Notes under the pieces: model-generated | Seen by the model: only the letters and a program-made list of their open reading frames with translations | Told to the model about the DNA's origin: nothing | Databases searched by the model: none | Translations under genes and position numbers: made by a program | NCBI GenBank assembly: GCA_046562895.1 | Contig: CM102154.1 | Span: 28,077,733-28,141,732, forward strand | Length of the DNA stretch: 64,000 bases | Direction: 5' to 3' | Origin: Trichechus inunguis | Taxonomy: Eukaryota | Shown here: one piece after another, positions 38,740-50,360 of the stretch | Layout of the letters: each line of letters opens with the position of its first letter | Numbering within the stretch: position 1 is the first letter of the stretch

Positions 38740-39060
38740 CTGAGGCGCCACGAAAAAGCGCGGGAAAACACCGTTGTCAACGCAACTCCACAACGAGAGA
38801 CTTCCCAGCTCGCGCGCAGACGCCGCCCGAGAGCGCATGCGCGGAGTGGCACCCGGACTCCGGCCGCTCAGGATCCCGGGACCCACCGGGCGGTGGCGCC
38901 AGAGCTGGAACTGCGCTGGGAGGGCCACGCCTCCAGATCACGCGCATTGTAGGCGCCGCAGGGCGGTGAATCCGGCTGCGTCTAATCCAGATCTCCTACT
39001 TCAGAGTCTTGCAGATACTGTCGTAGAGCGCCGTTAACCGCCCTTGAGTAGCAGAGGTGT
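38740..39060 (-). promoter_or_regulatory. CCNB1IP1: CpG island containing the proximal CCNB1IP1 promoter and a non-coding 5' exon. Minus-strand donor GCGCCTCAG|gttaag at 38740; NRF1-type palindrome gcgcatgcgcg at about 38832-38842
   Basis: Only strongly CpG-rich block between the two genes ('..cgcgcgcagacgccgcccgagagcgcatgcgcggagtggcacccggactccggccgc..'). A consensus 5' splice site on the gene strand sits 1.25 kb upstream of the ATG exon acceptor. Confidence 0.55.
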
Positions 39061-40539
39061 AACACCCTCGCTATCACTGGTCTAATATTTGAAATAAAAG
39101 CCTTTTGCGGCGAGAGCAGGAAAGAGTTTTGGAATTCCCGACACAGGTTTCCTGAGTTTTTTCAGGAGAAATTCCTAGAAAGGATGTCATTGCTGGAATT
39201 AGACAGCTATCACCTCTATACTGAAATAGATTCTACCATTTCCTTTTTAATCCATCTTGGAACAGAAATCTTCGCAGCTTTTATACATTTCTCTAAGTGC
39301 ATCTTAAGGAGCCCTGGGGGGGCAATGGTTAACCACTCGGCTGCTAACGGAAAGGTCAGAGGTTCAAACCTACCAGAGGCTCCAAGACTTGGCGATCTGC
39401 TTCCCTAAAGATTATAGCCTAGGACACCTATGGGGCAGTTGTACTCTGTCATATAGGGTTGCCATGAGACTCAACCGCAAACAACAAAGATACATTTTAC
39501 AAAATATAACTTTCCTTGACTGAGTCTGCATTATGAACGTTGATTACAGCACAGTAGGGTCAGGTGGCACATCGTTTTTTCAAGGTTCGCACTCCTAGAA
39601 CTGCTGTACTATTTAAATGTTTGTACCTGTACTAATGCTGTTACCTGTCACATATGTGTCTTGTGCTTTCCTATAGCCATTTTCTACATAATCTACATGG
39701 GCCTATTAGAATTTAGATTAAAAATTAAGCCAAGCAGAGGAGGGCTTGAGGGATCCTCAGGGGTTCATCAGTTTCCAATTTCCATCCCATTTGGCTAAAG
39801 GCCTTTAGGGAATAACCCGTGTATTTCCCAATATGTTTTACCAGGTTAAAAAAAAAAAAAAAGGTGTAGGGCGGGGGAGGGAGCTACAAAGTCTTAATAT
39901 GCCTGTCCAGTAGCCTGGGACACTGCTAATTGACCCAAACTCCTTCTTAGTGGCATGTGTCCCATTCTCTCATGGCACGAACTCTTCATTGGATCTGTTC
40001 TAGGAGGCCCCTGGGGATAAAAACCTCTGAATTCAAAGGTGGGATTCAGCGACCTCGAGATCGACTCGACGACAATGGGTAGTGGGTCTTATCCACCAGA
40101 AAGCTTTTTAAAATAGTGCTTTTATTGTTAAGTATCAAGCCTGACAAAAATGTATAATGACCATCACTCAGCTTTAATAAACCTAAACCTTTCTTACATT
40201 TGTGTATTTTTTAACAAAACACATTATGGAAATACAGTTGAAGCCTCCTGTGTATGCCTGAATCCCATTTTCCTCCTACTTCTCCAGATGTTAAGAATAA
40301 GCTAGATTTTATCATTCTCACATACTGTTTTAATCATATAGCACATATCACTGGGCTATCTTTTTGATCCACATTGCTTTCAAGACTTATTCAAGTTATG
40401 ACACATACATCCCATTAATTCATTTTAACAGCCATATACCACAAATATACCATAATTTATCCATTCTTCTAATGGATTTCTAACAGACATTTGGCTCCAG
40501 GTTTTTGCTATTAAAAATATTGCAATGACAAATATATAA

Positions 40540-40990
40540 CATATAACAAAACAGGACTAATGAGGCACAGCAGTCCAGGAACAAGGACTAGAAGGCAGAA
40601 GGGGACAGGAAAGCTGGTTTTAGGGAACCCAAGGTTGAGTAAGGACAGTGTTGACATGTAGTGGGGTTCTTAACCATTGTCATAGGGCAACATGTGTCCT
40701 GTTTAAAGAGAAACTATTTTGTTCTGTAAACCTTCATCTAAGTGAGAATAGCAGCACAACGTAATTGATGTCACTGAATTGCACGTGTAGAAATTTTTGA
40801 AATGGTGTATCTTTGGCTATGTATATTTTCACCAAAAAAAAAAAAAAAAAAAAAGGTTGAGAAGGGAGAATGTTGGCATGTCATGGAGTTGTTAACCAAT
40901 GTCATAAAACAATGTCTACTGACTGTTTAATGAGAAACTATTTGTTCTGTAAACCTTCACCTAAAGTACAATAAAAATAAATAAATACTG
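40540..40990 (+). repeat. Composite of L1 3'-end pieces: a younger L1 3'UTR tail, an old L1 3' end ('..tgtcactgaattgcacgtgtagaaatttttgaaatggtgtatctttggctatgtatattttcacc' plus A22), then a second younger L1 3' end. A paralogous longer copy lies at 45120-45900
   Basis: The two loci share the same order of pieces and the same junctions. The 40.5-kb copy lacks about 180 bp that are present at 45500-45690. Confidence 0.6.
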
Positions 40991-43900
40991 CAATGAATCA
41001 TCTGTACATGGCTCAAGTACACATGCAAGAATTTCTACACAATTCCAAGAGGTACAATTGATAGGCTAGTATATAAGCACCTTCAAATTAATTAAATGTT
41101 GCAAAACCATTCTCAAAGCAATAATATAAATTTACACTGCTGCCAGCAAAGTGCATGAGAGGCCACTGCTGCACTCAGCAACATGTGGATGTGTCAGGTT
41201 TTTTGCTTTGTTCTGTTTGAATTTCTGCCCATTAGAAATGATATCTCAATGTTTTTAAGATTCAATTCCCTGATTACTAAAGAATTTAAGCATCTTTTCA
41301 AGTGAATTGACTATTCACAGATCCTCATCTGTGAATTGCCTATTCATATCCTTTGCTCACTTCCTTGACTTACATGGAGTCCTCTGTCAAGTTACATGGC
41401 AGGTAAATACGAGCTTGAAATGTTAGTGTACCCAAATCTATCCTTTCCTTTATTATGTCTATTCCAAAGTCATATTCCGTTTTTCTGCAGTTTTAAAGTT
41501 TTACTTTTCACATATAGATCTTTAAGCCATTCTTCCTAACATAAGGAGGCTAAGTAACAACAGGAGTTGTAAGGGGAAAGGTGACCACAACATTCAAGAA
41601 AGCAAAAATTCCAATAACCTCAATATTTGAATATGGTAGTTGTCTCATTTCCAGGTTATACTTAACATGCAAAGGTTATAAATTACACATCAAAATATTG
41701 GAAATGGTATACTTCATGTGCTTTTAGATTTAACAGTTACTACTGCCTATATGACAAGGAGCTTATTGATACAATGGTTAAGCACTCACCTGCTAATCAA
41801 AAGTTCAGTGTTTCGAACCCACCAACCACTCCATGGGAGAAAAGACCTGGGGATCTGCTCCCGTAAAGACTACAGCCTAGGAAAACCTAAGGGGCAGTTC
41901 TACTCTGTCCTATGGGGTTGCTAAGAGTCGGAATCTACTTGACGGCACACAAGGACATTACCTACATGAAGCAAAACTACTTAGAATAACAAAAGTATAG
42001 ACATGAGAAAGTTTTCATGAGAATATTAATATTTTAACTCAGTTGTCTGCTGTTTTTACACAAACTATTTAGCTGTAAATAGATCAATATTATGAACTGT
42101 GTATTATCCATGAAGTGATTTCAAGGTCACTTAATTTCTTTTCTGAACTCTGACAGAACAATCTATGCTTACACATTACTTACATCATTTAACTACAGAT
42201 TACTTTCCCCTTTCAAAAATGGCATTTTACCACGAAGTCTAATTTAAAGCTAATATACTCTCGTGTAGATACTGTAAGTACCTATCAGCTATGTTGTTGT
42301 TGTTGCTAGGTGCCTTAGAGTCGGTTCAGACTCACAGCGACCCTATGCGTAACAGAACAAAACACTGCTGGGTCCTGCGCCATCCTCACAATCGTTTATC
42401 AGATAGTAATTTTCCCTGCTATTACCTCTGAACCTTAGACTTTTAGCATCATCTATTCTAAAACCCATTTGATTCAAGTATTTGTTTTAAAAGAAGAATC
42501 TTATTCTAAATAATAAGTTTTATGTTCTCGCTAACAAAAGTTACTATAGTTGCATATCATTTTTGTAATTCTGGTATAAGCATGAGTAAGTTTTAAATCT
42601 CATTCTGAAAACACAAAAATATACCAAAATTCCAGTATTTTGATGTGTACTTTGTACCCCTTGAGTGTTAATATACTTCTATGGATATAATTACAGCATA
42701 TAGGGCAGAAAATTCCCTGAAGTATAATTTAGCCAGAACAATTGAGACTATCCCACCATTAAACATGAAGCAGAAATAACCATGCCAGAATAGTATGTGC
42801 AATTTAAATCAAGATATCTATTAAGGCTATAAATCAAATGTTCATAATAAAAGATTTCCTGTTAAATACCAGTAAACTTTTATGTATCTGTTCCTCACCT
42901 ACATAGGTTGTTTTTGGCGGTCATTTTTCATTGCCTCTTAGAAAGATTAAGCATCATAATCAGATATTAAGAGTTTTAAGTAGGCATGTGAGTACCCAGA
43001 TTGAGTGTGTGTGTGTGTATGTGTGTGTGTGTGTGTATGTAACATTGAAGTTTAAGCCCCACTTATTCCATCTAAATGTCTTACTGAAACACCATTAAAA
43101 TAGTTGCCATTTTCCAGAGATTAAAAAAAAAAAAAAAAATCAATGAACAATTTCAATTCAATTCACTTCAATTATTATTTTAATATTTCTTCTGGTCAAG
43201 CATTAGGGATAAGAAAGGTATGCTGCTCATGGAGCTTACAATCTATGATATTAGAAAAAAATATTTACTCTTTCCTCTGCACCTCTTACATGTCTTCAAG
43301 TCGACTGATTCTACAGGACCATTTCAGGTGAGAAAGGTCAGCTTCCATCTTTAATATGAAGAATCATCTACCTTCATGCTGCAAAGAGAAAGCTATTTTT
43401 TAAAACTGCCCAGAAATGTGTGTGAACAACCACGTGGAGACAGGGATAGAGAACTGAGTTAAACCATTTAAACATGAATGACTTCAGAGTTATCATATTT
43501 CAGTAACTACCAGAATCAGTTTACTACAGCCTTTTCATCATAGCCCTAGGTCAAAGCTATTCAAATACTATCACCTTCAAAAGGTTCTATTAGCTATATT
43601 CCTGTGTTTTAAAATTAACTTTCTTTTTTTTTTTAAATCACAGGTACACTGACTTAATCTAGAATTACTACCTGCTTTGTAATTGTTTGACTCCGCAAAA
43701 ATCAGAAGGCACTAACGGACAGCCAACCCATCCCGTGGTGCCCTGAGTGAAGACAAGCCAGGTTTGATATATGATGGACTAAAACCTCACTGCCTAAGGC
43801 TGCAAGCAGTGAGAGGAACAGCCATCAGAGTATATTTCCAACCACATTATTTTAAGAAACACTTAGTAAAAATAAAGGCATCTATGAACTGTTAATATGA

Positions 43901-44189
43901 ATCATTACATCTAAATTTTTAAAGAGATCAGTCAAGAACTAGAAGAGACCATTAAGGATCAACTGGTCCAGCTATAAAAAATGAGGAATTAAATGACAAA
44001 AAAAAAAAGTTAGTGACAAAGCCAAGATAAAGCAACTAAGAAACTTTTATTGGAACAATAATAGTATGTACACTATAGTCCTTATAATACGTTCCCTAAT
44101 TCTAGAACAAAATTAGGCTTTGAATGTTAAGGGTGAAGGTAATGAGAGGTAGGCCAATGGCAGAAGACACACATAAGCAATATTGCTGT

Positions 44190-44515
44190 TAGCTGCCATC
44201 AAGTCGGCCCCTGACTCCTAGTGACGGCATTCACAAATGAACAAACAGCATTACCCCCATGATCGGTTATAGATCAGACTGTTGTGATCCACAGGGTTTT
44301 CACTGGCTGATTTTCAGAAGTAGATCACTAGGCCTTTCTTCCCAGTCCATCTTACTCTGGAAGCTCCACTGAAAAGTGTTCAGCTTCACAGCAACACGCA
44401 AACCTCCAATGACAGATGGGTGGTGGCTGCACATGAGGTGCATTAGCTGGCAATCAAACCCAGGTCTACCACATGGAAACCAAGAATTCTACCACTGAAC
44501 CGTCAATTCCACCCT
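44190..44515 (-). mobile_element. Older tRNA-derived SINE of a different family from AfroSINE, with a tRNA-like head at its 3' coordinates
   Basis: Tail-like 'gctgccatcaagtcggcccctgactcctagtgac' plus the reverse complement of a tRNA-like head 'ggaattgacggttcagtggtagaattcttggtttccatgtggtagacctgggtttgattgccagc'. Confidence 0.45.
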
Positions 44516-46670
44516 CCCCACCCCAACATAAGTAATAAAAACAAAGAATTTTTGACAAGATATTATGTAAATGTCAAAAATTGGGAGGTAGTACAAAGTC
44601 TATGACATATACACATATATCCTAATGATAAATAGCTAATGCCTACTGAACATTTACCAAATGTTCCAAGCACTGCACATTCATTATTTTTTCAAAGTAA
44701 TCATCATTTCTCTGAGTGAGGTACTTTTATTATAATCTTTTAAGAAATAAAGAAACTTGTCAAGGTTACAGTTTGTTAAGTGATAGAGCATGGGTTTGAA
44801 CCGTCTGACACCAGAACCCATGCATAACAATACTATGATACGTGGCTACGTCTTTAATTGACTTTTTAAAAAATAAAATTATACAGCACCTTGGCAGCTA
44901 GCCACGAAGCCACAAAGCTTAATTTTCAAAGATTCAAAGATATATATGTCTTACATCAAAGCTTCTCAATTTCAACATAAGTCTTACCATAAAAGAAAAA
45001 AAGTCATCATCTGCAAATCCAGCATACAAAAGCATTTCAGACCAGAAACGAAGAGAGATTCGGATCTACTTTCGGTCTCTTGAAATTTCATTTCTGCAAA
45101 AGACAGTCAAAACCACGATCACAATAGAGGGTCCTGGACAGAGCTGGAGAAGGATGTAGAACAAAATTCTAACACACACAAAAAAGACCAGATTTACTGG
45201 CCTGACAGAGACTGGAGAAACCCTGAGAGGATGGCCCCCGGACACCCTTTCAGCTCAGTGGTGAAGTCACTCCCAAGGTTCACCGTTCAGTTGGGGATTG
45301 GACAGCCCCATAAAACAAAATGGGACTAATGAGGCACAACAGTCCAGGGACAAGGACTAGAAGGCAGGAGGGGACAGGAAAGCTGTGATAGGGAACCCAA
45401 GGTTGAGAAAGGACAGTGTTGACATGTGGTGGGGTTGTTAACGATTGTCATAGGGCAATATGTGTACTAACTGTTTAATGAGAAACTATTTTGTTTTGTA
45501 AACCTTCATCTAAAGTACAAAACAAAAAAGAATTATCTATGTGAGATCAAACTGACAACAGCAACTCAAAAGGTTTGATGGGAAGCCTAGGGGACAGTGA
45601 GTTGAAGATAACGGTGATGGAGTAATTTGGAAAAGGATAGTGAGAATAGTAGCACAACTGGAAGAACGTACTCGATGTCACTGAATTGTACATGTAGAAA
45701 TTTTTGAAATGGTGTTATCTTCGGCTATGTATATTTTCACCAAAAAAAAAAGGTCGAGAAGAGAGTGTTGACATGTCATGTGGTTGTTAACCAATGTCAT
45801 AAAACAATATGTGTACTGTTTAATGAGAAACTATTTGCTCTGTAAACCTTCACCTAAAGTACAATTAAAAAAAAAAAAACTTCATTGTGAATAATAATAA
45901 AAAAAAAAGACAGTCAAAAGCTAAAAACATTATAACAAGTGCTGATGTTACCTTGCATTATTTTTATTATCTGTGGGGGCACCATTTTGATTTCTTATTG
46001 CCAAATTCTCTAGGTCACCCTCACATATACCCACATTTCTTGCTAAAAATGCAGTCACAGGATAAGAAAACACGGCTGTCCTGTCCAGGTTCCTTAAAAT
46101 ATATATATATTTTTTAATTATACATGTAAACCCAATTTCAGAGACAAAAACTTACAGTATTTGAGTACGTTTTCAGATGATTTCTCAAGCAAACACATGT
46201 ATATAAAAATGTTTAAGGAGAAAAATGACTATACAAATTGTTCTATAACCTGTTTTAATGTATCATGAATATCCTTCCTTCCATTTCAAGAAACATAAAC
46301 CTATGTTCTTTTAAATGCCTGTATAGTGCTGCATTATATGGCCTTAACAAAATTGATTTAACCAACTCTGGGATTCTCTGAATCCTATATATAGACTGAC
46401 AAAACAGTGATAAGTTAAAAACTGCCAAGCTAGAACTATACCAGTCACCGGTGCATTTTCTGTTGTGTCTGAATTTTTGAATTAAGGATTCCTGACCCTA
46501 GTTCTATTTCCCTCAGAGATATTACAAGGCAAAGATAAAACAGAACAAGGTGCTGGTTGTGGTATCAAATTAATAATCACAAAGATTTAGGAATTACCTG
46601 GGATCACTGGCTAGAACCCAGGAAGAATTCCAAGGAGCAGAATTCAATTCCAGGTGTTTGCCCTAGCTTT

Positions 46671-46747
46671 AGTCTGCTCAGAGCATGTGTTTAATCAGGG
46701 TGATCAGCTGAAACACGGACTTAACATGCATTTCATCATGGCAAACT
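46671..46747 (-). ncRNA. SNORD126: C/D-box snoRNA (SNORD126-like) inside a CCNB1IP1 5'UTR intron. On the minus strand: agtttgcc-ATGATGA(C box)-aatgcatgttaagtccgtgtttcag-CTGA(D')-tcaccctgattaaacacatgct-CTGA(D box)-gcagact
   Basis: C box RUGAUGA at 46733-46739. D box CUGA at 46678-46681, 4-5 nt from the 3' end. A 7-bp terminal stem (agtttgc / gcagact, one G-U pair). Length 77 nt. Position in CCNB1IP1 intron 1 matches the human SNORD126 host-gene arrangement. Confidence 0.6.
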
Positions 46748-49700
46748 GTAAATGATTGGTGAAGGGCAAACCACCACCAGCTCCTAATACCTACAACACC
46801 AGGAAAGCCCTCTTAAGGTTGGGATTAAGGCTTTTCAACTACCAAATTTCAGCCACTAATAACACTGAGCCCCAACTCTTGCTAAAACTAAAAACCTGTT
46901 GTCATCAAGTCACTGCCAACTCTCAGTGACCCTATGGATGGATGTGAGCTGCCGACCTTCTGGTTAACAGCCAGTCTCGTAACCACTACGCCACCAGGGC
47001 TCCGTCTCTTGCTAGGTGATTTGAAATCCATATGAAGTCAAAATTAAGGGTTTTTTTTTATACTTACCTCTGGTATCAGATGAATCCAGCTTCTATCTAG
47101 GCATCATGTTGAACTACATGACCTATCAACTACCTAACATTATCTCTGGAAAATAAAAAATAAACAAAAATAAATAAACAAACACATAAAGGTTATGACT
47201 GTGTGACCTGAATACACACCAGCATGCTCCACACCCAAGTCATACCCATATAGCCTCAAGGAAAATTAGAGTAACTGCTCATTTTTATTCGACTTTCCAT
47301 TCAGTAAAATAAACTATAGATCCATGGAGAATGTCGTCAAATGCCCAAGTTCATTATCAAATTACAGCAGGACCTCTGCACTGACTCAGCTTGGCATAAA
47401 TGGAAAAGTTTCGATAAAATTGCACAGTAAATCTAACCAACTTCTGAAAGGTTACAAACCATGGGAGAATAGGTATGCAAAGGAACCAAGAACTATAAGA
47501 TTCAGATAAACGAGCAGATAATCCAAAATAGTCAGCTTTTTTCATAGCTGTTTCAGTGTTATTGAGCCAATGCCAACTGTATTTAATCTTTACTCTTGGG
47601 TGTCCTTTTTCACAGTAAACTAAGGAAAACCTTCACTTAAGATAAAATTCAGACAGCATGATCTGGAATCTAAGTCGGCCACAAGATGGCAATATAAGAA
47701 AGCTTTAATCTTCTCTTCCTGGGTTTGAGTATAAATTGAACTTTTAGGTGAAACACTGGACATGCCACTAATCACTGCAGGCAACCTCAGAGTATTTCCT
47801 GAAAAGGAATTCTTTACCTAATCGCTAACTAGAAATTTTTTATTACAGTTAATAAAAAATCTAAAATTCTTCATTTAAAACTAGAATTTGCAAAAGAAAT
47901 ATTACAATTATACCTTCATAATGTTCCTTTTCATGTTGCAATGTGGAGATTTAAAAATCCCTAACCTTTAGATACAGCCTAACCAGAAAGGCTCATGAAA
48001 ATTAATGTCCATGGTAAGCAGCAACATGGCAAATTGTAGTGACAGCAAGTAAGGTTAAGAATCACTGTTCAAGAAAAAAGGTGGACCTTGAGCTGGGGCT
48101 TAAAATTCAGTAGGTAGCCACTCACCATATGCAGCCATTTAAATTAATTACAATTCAAAATTCAATTCCTCAGTTACTTTAGTCACACTTTAATTATTCA
48201 GTGGCCACACATGCCTAATGACTACCATACTGGACAGCACAAATGTAGAACATTCCCATTACTGCAAAGTCCTACTGGACAGCATTACCTTAAAGGATGG
48301 GTATCACTGAAACAAACTGACAGAAAGGAAGCTGCGGCCATCCCTCTTAAAAACTCTTACTATCTGTTAAGCACTGTAGAAACTGCTTTATTCAAACTTC
48401 ACAACAACCCCATATTTATATTATACTCTGATATGCATTTAAAAAGTAAAGAAAAGTGAGGCTCAGAGAAATTTCCTAAGGTCACTTAGTTAGTAAGGGA
48501 TAGAACTAAGATTTAAATCCTGTTCCGTCAAAATTCCATACTCTTTTCACTTCCCCATGCTAACTTCCTACGTGAAGTAAGCAGCACGGCCATAGAACAT
48601 GGCTTGCATTTAGATGTAATGAGAATGATATGCTAGTTCAGTAAGTCAGAAAGCAACTGGGGTGTTTTAAGCATGAGAAATATAACCAAAGTGTTGTTTT
48701 ACTATGTCCTTGTCCTGTACTTGAATAATGCTTTAGTTATGTACAATGTTTTCAGGTCAGCAACATGCCAAATTAACTAAGGGAGCATACATATGGAAGC
48801 AACATATTAAGACAGAGGTTTTTATAGTTTTAACAATGTCTACTTCAAAACTGCAGGATCCAACTACTTGCTAGAGGAGAATAAATTAATAGGTTGAAAG
48901 GCACAACTTCTCTATTTGTCTCATCTCACATACAGAAAACCCAGATTGCACTGGTCCTAGTCTTTGTGTCCGTGGCACATAACACAAAGCCTAACACATA
49001 AATCCTGATGTTAAATATATGTACAGGATTCTAGTCGTGCTTCTACAAATGTCATTCTATCACATGAAGGCCATTCCACATTTCCTGAGTATTTGGGGAG
49101 CTGAAGTATTATTTTGTAAATCCTCTATAAACATACCCACTCAGGTTATTGACTGTGGGTATTAAGTGCTTCAAATAACAGTGCTCATGGCCAAAAATAC
49201 ATTTTATACATGTGACTGAATGCTTCATGAAGGCCTGATACAGACTACAGATTTATGATACTGAATCAGCTGACGCTTTCCATTTTAACATTGTGTTACC
49301 ATTCAATTTTACTCAGTTTCATCTCAATTTACTTAGTCTTTGTGACACAGGCAAGTGTCTTTTCTATCTAAAAACAACTTCTAATCTTTTTAGATAGAAA
49401 AGACAAATACCTGTGACACAAAGAACCATTTAAGGCATCATATCTTAGAGTTCAAGTACTTGCCTTAGTAGTCCCATCAGCCTTTAATCCTTTCTAATGA
49501 GAATGTCTAACTCCACCTGACTTCTAACAGGGTCTACAGCAGATGTTATAGAGGTTTTCACAGTGCCACTTCTGTTCTGGGAGGCTGCTGAAGAACCAGG
49601 CCTTCTCTCCTCAGTGGATTTCATCTTCAACCTGAAGCAAAAGGAAAACAACATAAAACTGGTCTTTTGGCTTGGGTCTCCTTCAGAGAGCTCTATAAGG

Positions 49701-50149
49701 CACGACTATCAGAAAAAAAATCCAAGTTTTGTTACCCACTCACTGTCAGCTATTTTAGTTAAGAATTCTGATCATTTTAATCTTTAAAGTGCAAGAAGAA
49801 TCCATTCAGAACACACATGACATAAAAGTGGTCAGGTCAGAAACACACGACGGTTACAGGCAGATCATCCAAACAACCTACCACCTCACGCAGTTCCAGT
49901 CCTATTGCTGGATGAAAATACAGTTGCCGAGGGGTTTGGTCAAGACAGCAAGAAGAAATAACTTCAAATCAGGATCTAAGAAGCAGTAAAAATCTCCCCT
50001 ACCGTATTAGCTTGCTATCTTATCCATTTCATAATACCCTGCCAATTTTAGAATGTACAAAGCACTTTCCATACATTGCCTCATCCTACAAGTACTGTGT
50101 CATCTTCACTTCATAGATGGGCAAACAAGACTAAATGTCAGGCAACTTA

Positions 50150-50360
50150 GCTTAGTGGTTAAGATAATGGATTTGAAACCAGACAGAATGGACTTGAATC
50201 CCAGCTCCTCTAAGTGACCCCAGTTACCCTTCTGTAAAACGAGGACAAATACCACCTACCTCTTGGGATGCTTTGAGGATAAAATGAGGTAATAAATGTA
50301 AAATACTTTGCGCAGTAGCTGGCATGTACTTAAATGTTTAATATGTTGTTTCTATCTTTA
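50150..50360 (+). mobile_element. MIR (mammalian-wide interspersed repeat) copy. MIR fragments also lie at about 48455-48525 (-) and 52500-52620 (-)
   Basis: '..tagtggttaagataatggatttgaaaccagacagaatggacttgaatcccagctcctctaagtgaccccagttacccttctgtaaaacgaggacaaataccacctacctcttgggatgctttgaggataaaatgaggtaataaatgtaaaatactttgcgcagtagctggcatgtacttaaatgtttaat' matches the MIR core and tail. Confidence 0.8.
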
